This document shows positions 1 to 10,200 of a stretch of 64,000 nt of DNA, one piece after another (within the stretch, counting starts at the first letter, position 1; each line of letters starts with the position of its first letter). The notes under the pieces are model-generated. The model worked only from the letters and a program-made list of their open reading frames with translations, was not told the origin of the DNA and did no database searches. Both the position numbers and the translations under genes were made by a program. The stretch comes from a virus. Its lineage: Duplodnaviria > Caudoviricetes. The stretch spans positions 47,468 to 111,467 of the IMG/VR virus record IMGVR_UViG_3300010998_000021, one strand, 5' to 3'.

Positions 1-48
1 AATCGAAGAATATATAACAAGTATTATCGTGTATAATTTAAAAATATA

Positions 49-68
49 GGGCGAGTTTTCACTCGCCC
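49..68 (-). terminator. Intrinsic terminator after the tail tube gene
   Basis: GGGCGAGT-tttc-ACTCGCCC hairpin, followed on the minus strand by TATATTTTT, just after the spliced gene's stop at 78. Confidence 0.7.
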
Positions 69-77
69 ATACAAATA

Positions 78-1183
78 TTACTCTACGTCAGTTGTGTCCT
101 CGATCATATCAAGAACATTACCATTTTTATCTTCAAGTAAATCAACCATTGTGTTAAGGAATATTCGCTATATATTCCCAAGCGTATAATACGCTTCTCG
201 TACTTTCATACGAAGTGCAGACTATATCTTCATCCTTGCGGATGCCTACCACTTCCACCATCAATAGCTTATGGTGTACTCCTTACGGATAGTCGTTGAA
301 CTTTACTCTATTCGAGTCTTAGCTGCTGGTTGCCCATTATTCCAATACTTAGGATTTAACCTTATATCATCTATATATTTCTTTCAGCTTTCGCAACATT
401 CACGCTTAGACTTATTTCATTCTTACGTTGTAGTATATATAGCTTTAGGGTTTTTCAGCAATTCAATAGGTTATCTTATCACGCACATTTCTGTACGCGC
501 ACACTATCATTATTTAATGTGATTGTCACAGAAGCAGGATCGCCTTCAGAAGAGAAGGAAAGCTCGAAATTTCTCTGAATAGACGCTTTGTAAGCAGTCA
601 TAATGAAAGGTGTAAGGGAATCATCCTCACCCTTATCCAGAGTAGACATTGTAATGTAATAATCCTTCGGAACTTTCTTATTATTGAAGGAAACCTTCTT
701 AACATTCTCAGTTCTCTCTACGATGTAACCAACTTCATACTCGGTATCGACCGCAATATCATTGTTGGTAGTAGCAGTGAACTTGTTAGAAGCATAAGTT
801 CCTGCAATCTGTGTATTGCCAAACTCGCCAGAAGCATACACGAACACTGTACCTGCCTTTGCGCCAATAATATCAAGTTCGCCAGCAGTAGTACATTTAA
901 TAGTTTTCTTCACGGCATAAGCAGCGGTATTATCAATAGTACCATCAGAGAACAGCGCATAAGCCTTGAATGGCATAACCTGTGCTTCGATAGTCATAGT
1001 ACCCTCAATTGGGTTATGGAACGCGATTGCACGCACACCTTTCTTCATAGCATATACACTATCGCCAGAAAGACCAGCAGTAGTGGTATTAGCTGTGTCG
1101 AAGAATAAAAACGGAGCCATCGTTTTCAGTACACGAATATCTACATCAGCGCACTGTCTATTAGCTTTATTAATATCAGGCAT
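78..1183 (-). CDS. Major tail (tube) protein, split by a group I intron: join(517..1183,78..145), about 244 aa
   Basis: Removing 146..516 joins ACA-T|TT-GAT to give ...GDPASVTITFDLLEDKNGNVLDMIEDTTDVE*. It follows the neck genes, has a strong SD, and ends in a tail-tube-like FELSFSSEGDPAS motif. Confidence 0.8.
146..516 (-). ncRNA. Group I intron without ORF (371 nt) in the tail tube gene
   Basis: P1 CACAU|UA pairs with UAGUGUG, giving U.G at the splice site; P2 hairpin with GAAA loop; core elements UUCAACGACUA and AAGAUAUAGUC; P9 CUUCGUAU-GAAA-GUACGAGAAG; terminal G; splicing restores the frame. Confidence 0.9.
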
Positions 1184-1205
1184 AATAAATTCCTCCTTAA
1201 AGACA

Positions 1206-2033
1206 TTAAATGTCTATTTTATCATTTTGTTTATTGAATAAATTTTTATACCAAAGCGAGGGATCAAATTTATTATCTTCATCGCCCCAAACCGCCACAC
1301 GTACAGTATTTAAATAATGTACATCATCGTTTTGTGCTTTACCGAATTGGTCATATAATTGAAATAGCGTGGCATCCCAAATATTGACAATATTCAATCC
1401 TGCGCTTTTCATCGCAGTGGAAGAAATAATGTTAGGCAAAGTTAAATTTATATAATCTTTTAAAGCCTTTTCTTTTTTTTGTTTTTCTCTCGCCTTTAGC
1501 ATCCTCTCATATAACCTTTTAGCCTTTGCGTTTTTGAATTTTGGCATTGGTTCGTCTAACGGATCATCGCTCTTTATACAAAGAATTTGCTGAATAATAT
1601 CTATTACATCTGCAAATGTTTTCGGACTAATTCTTCCGACCATAATATTATCTATTTCAATTTCATATGGTGGTGTTTCATAATCATCTGTATCTAAAAT
1701 AAAAAAAAGATTATCTTTAAAGATAACCCTCTCCATAAAAAAGAAATTAAATATTTCCAAATATGTATTTGCAATAGATTCTTCTAAAAGAATAATGTCA
1801 TAAATAGAAATATCACTTTTTTGTTCATCTGAAAGCATATTCCAATATTCAGCACCTTTGTCACCACATAGAAGAGTATAATAATCTTTTGGTGTTAGTT
1901 TTAAATATACTTGATACATACCGAATTTAGGATATGTTAGTTTACCTATGTCACGCAAAGTAGGTTGTCTTAATGTTCCGATTGACAACGAAATCGGTTC
2001 TGGACATAACAATGTAAAATAATCTAATTTCAT
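1206..2033 (-). CDS. Conserved morphogenesis-region protein (between neck and tail tube genes)
   Basis: 275-aa ORF translationally coupled to the upstream gene; SPbeta-like synteny. Confidence 0.55.
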   Translation of the reverse strand: MKLDYFTLLCPEPISLSIGTLRQPTLRDIGKLTYPKFGMYQVYLKLTPKDYYTLLCGDKGAEYWNMLSDEQKSDISIYDIILLEESIANTYLEIFNFFFMERVIFKDNLFFILDTDDYETPPYEIEIDNIMVGRISPKTFADVIDIIQQILCIKSDDPLDEPMPKFKNAKAKRLYERMLKAREKQKKEKALKDYINLTLPNIISSTAMKSAGLNIVNIWDATLFQLYDQFGKAQNDDVHYLNTVRVAVWGDEDNKFDPSLWYKNLFNKQNDKIDI

Positions 2034-2512
2034 CTAAAATTACGTACACTGAATGACATAATGCATCCATAAAATGTAACCGAGTTATAGATATCTACGT
2101 TGTCTAATGATAAATCACCTATACCGAACTTTTTTACAATACTATCGTCTAACAAAGTTTCTTCTATCATTTCTGAAAGAATATCGGCGCGATTGCCATA
2201 ATAACCTTCTTTCACATAATCCTCTAAAATATCACGATGACAAATAGCATATATCAAAACTTGAATTATTTTTGTCTGAGGTCGCAATTCAGGCATTATC
2301 ACATCAAAAAAGATATATGTCGTAGTGTCTTTAATCGTTTCATCTATAAATAAATGAGAATTAACATGTTTTTGAAACTTTGATAATAATTCTTTCGGAG
2401 TTAATTCGCTCGTATCGCCTAAAATAATTTCTTTAATATTATTAGATTGCAATAATGCATTTGATATACGAGTTTTGTAAATACCTCTTTCTTTAGTAGT
2501 TGATTCTCTCAT
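2030..2512 (-). CDS. Putative tail completion/terminator protein
   Basis: 160 aa; position in the neck module. Confidence 0.5.
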   Translation of the reverse strand: MRESTTKERGIYKTRISNALLQSNNIKEIILGDTSELTPKELLSKFQKHVNSHLFIDETIKDTTTYIFFDVIMPELRPQTKIIQVLIYAICHRDILEDYVKEGYYGNRADILSEMIEETLLDDSIVKKFGIGDLSLDNVDIYNSVTFYGCIMSFSVRNFR

Positions 2513-2522
2513 TTATCTCTCC

Positions 2523-3623
2523 TTAAATTAGTCCAACGATTTGAATTTTTATTTTTGTTCTTTCATCGCCATTTAATAATAACTCAAACGATTTATTAAG
2601 CAGAGAATAGTCATTAACTGAAATCAATATTGTGTTATTGATATAATCAACTTGCAATCTATCTTCAAACTCACAAATGATAGTCCACTCAGCATCACCA
2701 TCTATGATATTCCCTTCTTCATTGTAAAATACCGCTGTAAATTCTGCTGCGCCAAGACCAACAAATATTTTTGTTTCATCATAAACTATTTCACTTGTAG
2801 AAATAGTTGGCTCTTGTTGTCCTTCATTCCCTTGTACTGGAATATCGTTTATATTTTCTCCGTGTTCAGATTCAAGACATAACCAATATCCCTTATCACC
2901 TATTCGATAGAAACCATCACCGTTATGTTGTTCATCTTGTGTAACAAGAATTTCATAATGACCACTATCTATATAATTGTATAAAACACTATCATTTCTT
3001 GTGAGTTGATATGTAATAACTTTATTTGAAGTAACTGAATCTACGTCATCTCCTATGTTTCTTTCATATACTTGGATACGTTTATCAATGATAAATCTTT
3101 GTCCTGAGTCAAGTAATAAGCATTCATCATCATCTGGCATACATATTAAAAGTTGATCTGTTCTTATAACATAATATCTATTATCTCTTTGACCGTTGTT
3201 GTACTGTGAAGCCGATTCAATATTCGCCCATCTTTCAATTACTTTTCCTTCTTTATTAACCCAAGACATAATCCAGTTGCATAAACGCAACACGGCTTTT
3301 TCGTACATGCCATTATCATCTACTAAACCGACAATTAGCCAATAGCGATTTTTATATTTAATATAATTTCCTGCTTTACAAGAACCTATTGGAACTAACA
3401 GATGTCTTGTAAATGCTTTCAGCTTTGTATCTTGTACTGAGTTTTGTATTATTGCTTTAATAGGAGAGCAGATTGATAAATCTGCGTTACAATATTCAAC
3501 ATCTATCGCAAGAGGACTTTCAAGTGCTTCTGAGAAAGCGTCTTGCGAAAAATCCATAACTTCATCTTCAAATCCGCTTGTTTGTGAATATGGCGGTTTT
3601 AATAAATACCATTCTATTGCCAT
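2523..3623 (-). CDS. Putative head-closure/neck protein
   Basis: 366 aa with GNYIKY...YWLIV and LRLCNW motifs typical of SPbeta-like neck proteins; synteny. Confidence 0.55.
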   Translation of the reverse strand: MAIEWYLLKPPYSQTSGFEDEVMDFSQDAFSEALESPLAIDVEYCNADLSICSPIKAIIQNSVQDTKLKAFTRHLLVPIGSCKAGNYIKYKNRYWLIVGLVDDNGMYEKAVLRLCNWIMSWVNKEGKVIERWANIESASQYNNGQRDNRYYVIRTDQLLICMPDDDECLLLDSGQRFIIDKRIQVYERNIGDDVDSVTSNKVITYQLTRNDSVLYNYIDSGHYEILVTQDEQHNGDGFYRIGDKGYWLCLESEHGENINDIPVQGNEGQQEPTISTSEIVYDETKIFVGLGAAEFTAVFYNEEGNIIDGDAEWTIICEFEDRLQVDYINNTILISVNDYSLLNKSFELLLNGDERTKIKIQIVGLI

Positions 3624-3635
3624 AAAATCACCACC

Positions 3636-4037
3636 TTAATTATATGCAGTAGGTTTTTGCATTTGAACCATGTATGCAGATTTTGAAGAATCGTATTCCA
3701 TTTCGTTTCTCGCGGCGGTTTTTGAATGACCACCACCATCAATAGACAAATCTTTCCCAACTATGGAAACACGTTTATTGACTTTTGAAACTTCTCTTTC
3801 TTGGTACATTTGTTTCATAAAAGCAGCAAGCGTATCAATAACATATTGACTAATGACTGTATCAAAAGACATTTCTTCCTCGTTAAATTCAAGTGTTTCA
3901 AGTTCAGTGGAATAACGAGCAACTGCCTTTTTCAGCCATACTAATTTGAGTCCATCTGGAATTATTTCTTTATCGCGAAATGAACTATCAAAACTATCGA
4001 ATACCTCATTGGCGGTTGTTCCTTCCATTTGAATCAC
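3636..4037 (-). CDS. Putative head-tail adaptor
   Basis: 133-aa helical protein in the head-completion position. Confidence 0.5.
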   Translation of the reverse strand: MIQMEGTTANEVFDSFDSSFRDKEIIPDGLKLVWLKKAVARYSTELETLEFNEEEMSFDTVISQYVIDTLAAFMKQMYQEREVSKVNKRVSIVGKDLSIDGGGHSKTAARNEMEYDSSKSAYMVQMQKPTAYN

Positions 4038-4045
4038 CTCATTAT

Positions 4046-4615
4046 TTAACGAATATTCTTTTCGTCTTGTTCTACTTTATCCATTTTATATCCAGTGTAA
4101 GTTTCGCAGAAACGGATTTTACTGAAATCATTTAAGTTCTGTTTAATGATTGAAACCATAAGTGCATATTTCTCTGCACGAGTAACAATTTTCTTTTTTA
4201 GTTCATCTTCAAATTCGCCTTGATTTCTAATCTCGAATAACGTTTTTACAAGACCGTCACTAAACTGATTATCAGAATTAAATCCAACTTCTTTTAATGT
4301 TGGCTTATCTTCAATAATCAATGTTGCATGACCGCCATATCCGTCAATTCCATTAAACAGGTTATTGTTATTATGAATCTGCGAAATGATTTCATTTCTC
4401 GACATTCTAATAGAACCCCTACTCGGAATGGTTACATCTCCGACAGTAAGCATTCTCGCAAACCCTGTAGTCCATCCTGCAATACTTTTAACCGTCACTT
4501 GCTGTTCCAAATTTAATGGCTGTTCAACTTCTTGCGCCACTACAGTTTCAACTTCTTTTGGCGTTTCATTTAAGTTCTCTTCAGAGACTTTCTTCGCCGT
4601 TGTAGTTCTTCCCAT
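4046..4615 (-). CDS. Hypothetical virion morphogenesis protein downstream of the capsid gene
   Basis: 189-aa ORF with SD GAGGT; synteny. Confidence 0.5.
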   Translation of the reverse strand: MGRTTTAKKVSEENLNETPKEVETVVAQEVEQPLNLEQQVTVKSIAGWTTGFARMLTVGDVTIPSRGSIRMSRNEIISQIHNNNNLFNGIDGYGGHATLIIEDKPTLKEVGFNSDNQFSDGLVKTLFEIRNQGEFEDELKKKIVTRAEKYALMVSIIKQNLNDFSKIRFCETYTGYKMDKVEQDEKNIR

Positions 4616-4652
4616 ACTTAATACCTCATTTCAACTATTTTTCTGTTTTCAA

Positions 4653-4838
4653 CTAAAATTTATGTTTAGCTTCATTATAAGATTTGATTAGTGCATCCAA
4701 CTTATCTGATTTCTTGAAAACCCAATAGCGATTTCCTGATGATGCATTAACTTTTGAAGCATAGCACTTTTCATTAAACGCGCACAAATAATGGAATAGT
4801 CTTAAAGAATAACAATAAAAGTTTTCATTGTTTTCCAT
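4653..4838 (-). CDS. Small DUF5659-like protein
   Basis: FYCYS..L..YL...N......YWVF pattern; SD GAGGTG. Confidence 0.55.
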   Translation of the reverse strand: MENNENFYCYSLRLFHYLCAFNEKCYASKVNASSGNRYWVFKKSDKLDALIKSYNEAKHKF

Positions 4839-4855
4839 ATTTGCACCTCTTATAT

Positions 4856-5797
4856 TTATGCCGCGAGATTGTCTTTAAGAATCTGTTCTATGTTATTAAA
4901 ATCTTTATACCAAATTTCAAGCAACTGGATTTTGTTATCATTTGCATATTTACGTTTACGCCTATCATGTTCTTTCTGATATTCAAGCTGTTCGTATGAT
5001 TGAGAATTAGCTGTGCCATCATGAAATTCGCCCTGATATTCAATAAGTATATTGTTATCTGGTAGATAGAAGTCATATGATAATAATCCACCACCAATAC
5101 CTTTTAAATCAGAAAATGATTTTTGCCATTCGAAATTAACATCGTTATTTTCAAGAAATGTTAGAATTTTCAATTCGCCTTTTGATGTATTGCATATAGG
5201 ACAGCCAGATGGACTTCTTTTCCCTATAAGATTATGTGCTTTAGTTTGCCAAACGTGTCCACATACTTTACATCTACATGTTATTGGTTCATCATCTTTT
5301 GTATATCTGCTTATAATATCTATTGTTCTATGATTCAAGTTACGTTCATTAAACTCGCTAATGAATTGTTCGTGAGATTTAATTCGATAATTTTGAACAT
5401 ATTTCATTGCACAATTTTTACATCCATAACCTCGAATTAACGAATAAGGCATCGAATCCCATTCATTTCCACATTTTTTACATTTGCATTTAATTTTCGT
5501 ATGAGAAGTTTTGTATTCACCAACAATTTCTGTATTTGGATTTATACCTTCAACTTCCTTTATAAATTCATCGTTTGTTTTTCTAACACATTCAGAAACA
5601 TAATCAATAGCACAATATTTGCATCCGTGTTCTGATTTAAGAATAGACATAGGCATTATTTCAAAATCATAGTCATGTATGTTGCAATGAAACATTATTG
5701 GCATTCTCATTTTTCTATAACGACCGATTACGTCTATATGTGGATGTTTCTTTTTAACATCATTAACAAAATCTTCATGTGTAATTACTTTAGACAT
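4856..5797 (-). CDS. Free-standing Zn-ribbon-repeat endonuclease with Vsr/DUF559-like PD-(D/E)XK domain (putative homing endonuclease)
   Basis: Three repeats of THEEF...IGEY...CxxC...GCxxC, then SKGE...YDFYLP...IEYQGEFH...D..K; paralog of the ORFs at 7455 and 11839. Confidence 0.75.
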   Translation of the reverse strand: MSKVITHEDFVNDVKKKHPHIDVIGRYRKMRMPIMFHCNIHDYDFEIMPMSILKSEHGCKYCAIDYVSECVRKTNDEFIKEVEGINPNTEIVGEYKTSHTKIKCKCKKCGNEWDSMPYSLIRGYGCKNCAMKYVQNYRIKSHEQFISEFNERNLNHRTIDIISRYTKDDEPITCRCKVCGHVWQTKAHNLIGKRSPSGCPICNTSKGELKILTFLENNDVNFEWQKSFSDLKGIGGGLLSYDFYLPDNNILIEYQGEFHDGTANSQSYEQLEYQKEHDRRKRKYANDNKIQLLEIWYKDFNNIEQILKDNLAA

Positions 5798-5817
5798 TTA
5801 TACTCACCATCCAATAT

Positions 5818-5846
5818 AAAAGAGGACTGCCTAAACAGTCCTCTTT
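5818..5846 (-). terminator. Terminator after the major capsid gene
   Basis: AAAGAGGACTG-cctaaa-CAGTCCTCTTT hairpin. Confidence 0.7.
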
Positions 5847-5891
5847 AGTGATTCAAGTGGCGAGTAATTATCTCGCAAACTTGTTATTTAA

Positions 5892-6992
5892 TTAGTCTAA
5901 TCCCCCAACGTTAGTGTCATAGAACATACCTATTTTATATTCCTGACCCTTGGCAAGATCACATCCAACCTCGATGTCGAATCTACTCTCGACACGACCA
6001 TTCTTCACATTGTTACCAGTGAAGGAAGTCAGACCGCCACGAGTGTAAGTAGCGATAGGAGACTGCGCACCAGCAGGAACAATGAAGCCAAGACCAGCAG
6101 GAAGCATAGTCTCGAAATCAGTACCAGCCGCATTCAGAGTAGTCTCATCATACGGATTGTCAATTTCAGCAAGAACAGCACCATTGTACATTCCAAGCAG
6201 ACCATTCTGAGCGATCTCATTCATCTGAGCTTCAGAAATACCAGTGATAGTATTAGAAGCGATAGTGCCAACGTATCCAGCCCAAGGAGTGAACTGAGAC
6301 AGAAGAGCATAGTCACCGATTACGGTTGGGCGACCAAATCTACGAATCTTGGTCAGAACGCCATCAACGCCAGCCTTTGTCAGTCCAGCATTCTCAAAAG
6401 CATACTTCACGCCAGTAGCATCATGAATAGCTTTGTAGATTTTCTTGATAATAGCACGGTTAGCCTTGTTGCGAATATCAATACGAACCTGTTCCATGCC
6501 CTCGTTCTCTTTGGACATATCGCCAAGTGCGACTCTACGATAATCTACAGCATAGCCACCCGAAACAGTGAATGTCGGAACAGGATAAACTTCCTTAACG
6601 ATAGCCGAAAATACAACATCACCACCAGCAGCCTGTTCGCGAGATTTCTCGCCAACATGCTTGTAAACTTCACGCTCGATAGTCTCATCGAAACCAACAG
6701 CCTGATAAGAACCGAAGATAGAAAGCATCTTCATTTCCTGAAGCAGAGGAGCTTCGATAACAAATCTACGAAGTGTATTCAGTTCAGCAACGGCGTTGAA
6801 ATCACCATTCTCAGCACGAGCGCCAAGCTCTTTAATGTAATTAACTGCTTTATCTGCGCCCTTAATAGCGCCAACTTCTTTGCCGTTAACCATAGCAGAG
6901 AAAACTTCGGACACGATAGATGTCGCACGCATTTCTCTGTTCAGGTAATCAGCATCTTTACGAAGATTGTTTAACTCGTAAGTAGTATTCAT
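5892..6992 (-). CDS. Major capsid protein
   Basis: 366 aa, highly biased codon usage, strong SD, follows the protease/scaffold and decoration genes, has its own terminator. Confidence 0.8.
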   Translation of the reverse strand: MNTTYELNNLRKDADYLNREMRATSIVSEVFSAMVNGKEVGAIKGADKAVNYIKELGARAENGDFNAVAELNTLRRFVIEAPLLQEMKMLSIFGSYQAVGFDETIEREVYKHVGEKSREQAAGGDVVFSAIVKEVYPVPTFTVSGGYAVDYRRVALGDMSKENEGMEQVRIDIRNKANRAIIKKIYKAIHDATGVKYAFENAGLTKAGVDGVLTKIRRFGRPTVIGDYALLSQFTPWAGYVGTIASNTITGISEAQMNEIAQNGLLGMYNGAVLAEIDNPYDETTLNAAGTDFETMLPAGLGFIVPAGAQSPIATYTRGGLTSFTGNNVKNGRVESRFDIEVGCDLAKGQEYKIGMFYDTNVGGLD

Positions 6993-7021
6993 ATTATATT
7001 ACCTCCAAATATAATTGATAA

Positions 7022-8726
7022 TTACGCTACCATAACAACAGCCTTAACAGCCTTTTCCGTAAGCGTAACCTTGTCAGTAACTTTAAAATAAACGCCTGAT
7101 GACGGGGCAGTAGAAGCAACCTCAAGAGTGCCATCTGTCTTAGGCTTCAGCAGAGTAGTTCCAGCGGTAATATCATCATAGTCAGCACCAGAAGCATAAG
7201 TAATATGCTTCTCATCAATAACAAGTTTCTGACCAGCCCAAGCGGAAAGATCATAACCATTCAGGTATTCTCCAGCCTTAATTGTAACGCCATCTTTATA
7301 CGCATCGTCACCATTGATGTCGTTAAGAATCACATAAGTAATTCCATCAACAGTGAGGAAAGAATTATTAACAACATCATTTTGGGATGTAAGGACAGGA
7401 TTGATTTTTGCAATATCCAGCATTCCTAAAGTTTCAACTTTACGATATTGTTTGTCAGCTTGCTAATTCATTTTGTAGTATTTTTTCTATATTTTCATAC
7501 TGTGTATAAGGTATTCTGATTAATCTAATATTATTATCAATACAAAAATCATTTTTAATATCATCATGCTTTTTAAGTTTATCTAAACTATCATTACCAC
7601 CGAAAAAATCTTTTGCAACGTAATGTTGTATTCCGTCATATTCTATAGCAACATTGTATTCTGGAAGATAAAAATCAAATGGTAATACGCGTACATCTTT
7701 GCAATCTTCAAATGTTTTTTGGCATTGATAATCAATTTGTTCATTATTTAACCAATTCTTTATTTTATTTTCTCCACGAGATATTGTGCAGTTAGGACAA
7801 CCATTTCCACCATCTAACATAGTATGTGGCGCACTTGAAAAATACTTTCCGCATTTTTCACATAAACACAATATCTTTGTTTTATTATTTTTATATTCAC
7901 CGATTACTTTAATATCTGGATGTTTATCTTTCATTTCTAAAACAAATTGATCTTGCGTTTTTCGCATCAATCCACTACACACAGGACAACCTTTGCCGTG
8001 TAATAATGAATTTGGAACTGGTTTCCATATATGTCCACATTTTTTACAAGAGACTTCTATGGGTATTCTATTATTTTTATATTCACCTAATACAGTTATG
8101 TCTTCATTTATATCTTTCATTTCAGATATAAATTGTTCCGTTGTTTTGTTTGCACATCCAGCGCAATTAGGACAACCATGACCCATATATAAACTTCCGG
8201 GAGTAGAACTAAATTCATATCCACACACAGTACACTTTAAATTTACTTTAGTTCTACTATTCCTGTATTCACTCAAAACAGTTAATGTTGGATGATTGAC
8301 ATTCATTTCGTGAAGAAATTGTTCATTTGTTTTTCTTCGCAATTTGACCACCAACTTTATTATTATATGAATTAGCAATACGGTTCGCTAAACCGCGCAA
8401 GTTATTAAATAACTTCTCGTACTTTCATACGAAGTCCAGACTATATCATTCATCATGCCATTTCTGGTTTAGATGCCCTCCACTTCGGATGCGCTTGCAT
8501 CCTAACGGCATTTCAGCCGATAGTCGTTGAGCCTTCCCCTGTTCGGGGCTTGGTTGCTGATTGCCCAATCTATTTACTTTTCAAACCATCACACTTACAC
8601 ATATTTCATTGTTATGTTGTGGTAAAATAGCTATAAGGGTTTTCCAGCAGTTCAAAGGGATACATTATATTCTTTCGATATATAACGGACTATTCACATG
8701 GTATATTCAACCATGTTTCTAATCAT
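7022..8726 (-). CDS. Capsid decoration/auxiliary protein split by a group I intron: join(8722..8726,7022..7442), about 141 aa
   Basis: SD AGGAGG then ATG AT|; the second exon T AAA GTT GAA ACT gives MIKVETLGMLDIAK...; lies between the scaffold and capsid genes. Confidence 0.75.
7443..8721 (-). ncRNA. Group I intron (1279 nt) carrying an endonuclease ORF
   Basis: P1 GAU|UA pairs with UAGUC; core GAACUGCUGGAAAACCC, CUCAACGACUA, GAUAUAGUC and P9 CUUCGUAUGAAAGUACGAGAAG closely match the intron at 146-516; terminal G at 7443. Confidence 0.9.
7455..8378 (-). CDS. Intron-encoded Zn-ribbon/Vsr-like homing endonuclease
   Basis: Three CxxC...GCPxC repeats plus SRGE...PFDFYLP...IEYDGIQH; lies inside the intron after P9; true start probably a few codons downstream. 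Confidence 0.8.
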   Translation of the reverse strand: MLIHIIIKLVVKLRRKTNEQFLHEMNVNHPTLTVLSEYRNSRTKVNLKCTVCGYEFSSTPGSLYMGHGCPNCAGCANKTTEQFISEMKDINEDITVLGEYKNNRIPIEVSCKKCGHIWKPVPNSLLHGKGCPVCSGLMRKTQDQFVLEMKDKHPDIKVIGEYKNNKTKILCLCEKCGKYFSSAPHTMLDGGNGCPNCTISRGENKIKNWLNNEQIDYQCQKTFEDCKDVRVLPFDFYLPEYNVAIEYDGIQHYVAKDFFGGNDSLDKLKKHDDIKNDFCIDNNIRLIRIPYTQYENIEKILQNELAS

Positions 8727-8749
8727 TTTGATTTCCTCCTAATTTCAAA

Positions 8750-9940
8750 TTAGAAAATGTCAACATCCTCTTCAGAAACCTTCTTTTCGTTGATTTCAGA
8801 GAAAATATCTTCAACTTCATCTTCTACGTGTTCAGAAGCCTTCTTCGCTTCTTCCATATATTTCTTACCAATCTCTGCATGAATCTTGTTCACTACAGAA
8901 TTGATTTCGCTTGTAAGCGGATTTTCATTGAATGCGTCAATCTCAGCCTGTGCAAAAGCTTTCTGCTCATCAGTAAAGCCTTCAATAGCAGCATTCAGTT
9001 CACCAATCTTTTCTTTCTTCTGCGCATCTTCAAGATTGGATTTCAGTTCATTGATTTCGCCAGTAAGTGTCTCTTTTTCAGCTGTAAGAGCAGTATTGGC
9101 TTCATTAAGCGCAGTTACTTTAGATTCAAGCTCGGCAATGTTTTCATTCTGTCTTTCGATTTCAGCCTGAAGCTCCTTAACAAGCTCCTGAGATTCGGCA
9201 ATGCGTTTTTCGCATTCCTCCTTCATAGCATTGATCTCTTCGGCGGAAGAATTCATTTCGCCGATAACCTGAGAAACGATAGCTTTGATTTCATTCTCAC
9301 CCATCGTGAAGTCCTCCTTATCGACATTATTAGATTGATTCAATTCCAGTATTTTTGCTGTTTTGTCCGCAGGTCTAACCCCAAGCAAGGCATAACCCGA
9401 ATACTCAAAAACCATAGGAATACGACCATAATCTTTATAGCCGTATTTGTAGATAATTGATGGATTATCACCTGTCTTTAGGATTTCGACACTACCAAAA
9501 GGCGCATTACCATCTTCAATATCTTCTTCAAGTTTTTCACAGAAGTTGTGATAACATAGACCATCAATAGTTCCTTCGCCAATACAAACAGTCTTGATAC
9601 CTTCATCAGTCTCAATGTCTGTAATGTATCCTTTTTCAAAAGTACCGATCATCACGGCGTTTTCGAATATTGGTAATCCATCCTTGGTTTCTGTTTCGCC
9701 ATGCCCATTGAGGAACGTTCTTTCTTCGTCAAGAAATTCGCATCTGATGCTTTTCCCTTCAAGCGTTGGGAGAGCCTTTTCGCAATATTCCCTAATCCAA
9801 GAAATGCCGTTATCGTTATATTCACTCGCCACACCATTTTTCTCATCCACGCATGAGTCAGGATAAATTTCGTGAAGTATAACCTTGAAATGTCTGCGAC
9901 CATTTTTTGAATCTTTCTTAGAAAGCTCAAAAGTTTTCAT
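8750..9940 (-). CDS. Prohead protease/scaffold fusion
   Basis: Globular N-terminal domain and long acidic coiled-coil C-terminus; between portal and capsid genes; SD AGGAGG before the ATG at 9940. Confidence 0.7.
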   Translation of the reverse strand: MKTFELSKKDSKNGRRHFKVILHEIYPDSCVDEKNGVASEYNDNGISWIREYCEKALPTLEGKSIRCEFLDEERTFLNGHGETETKDGLPIFENAVMIGTFEKGYITDIETDEGIKTVCIGEGTIDGLCYHNFCEKLEEDIEDGNAPFGSVEILKTGDNPSIIYKYGYKDYGRIPMVFEYSGYALLGVRPADKTAKILELNQSNNVDKEDFTMGENEIKAIVSQVIGEMNSSAEEINAMKEECEKRIAESQELVKELQAEIERQNENIAELESKVTALNEANTALTAEKETLTGEINELKSNLEDAQKKEKIGELNAAIEGFTDEQKAFAQAEIDAFNENPLTSEINSVVNKIHAEIGKKYMEEAKKASEHVEDEVEDIFSEINEKKVSEEDVDIF

Positions 9941-9977
9941 TTCAAGTTGCCTCCTTGTGAACATATATGTATATAAA

Positions 9978-10005
9978 AAGAGGGCAGTAGTGAAACTGTC
10001 CTCTT
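9978..10005 (-). terminator. Terminator-like hairpin between portal and protease genes
   Basis: AAGAGGGCAGT/ACTGTCCTCTT stem with a T-run on the minus strand. Confidence 0.55.
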
Positions 10006-10020
10006 GATATATTGAAAATA

Positions 10021-10164
10021 TTAATTTTTAAAAACCCACCTATTGCGTTCTGCGGCAATTTCCTCGAAACCTAAATTCCTTAATTTGTCAGCAGTATCTT
10101 TATCGGTGGTTGCAATATAATGAAAATCTTCAGTGTTTGTATCCGATTTATCATCGTTTTTCAA
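10021..10164 (-). CDS. Small protein not in the ORF track (47 aa), DUF5659-like
   Basis: Translates as MKNDDKSDTNTEDFHYIATTDKDTADKLRNLGFEEIAAERNRWVFKN; TTG start uncertain. Confidence 0.4.
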   Translation of the reverse strand: MKNDDKSDTNTEDFHYIATTDKDTADKLRNLGFEEIAAERNRWVFKN

Positions 10165-10200
10165 AACCATGTTTTATTGCATCCTTATAAAATAATTCTT

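Noticed and set aside
479-516. C-terminus NNDSVRVQKCA of tracked ORF 479..1183
   Set aside because: It is read-through into the group I intron; the true end is the exon at 78-145
271-522. Plus-strand 83-aa ORF
   Set aside because: Antisense to the intron core; no SD; shadow ORF
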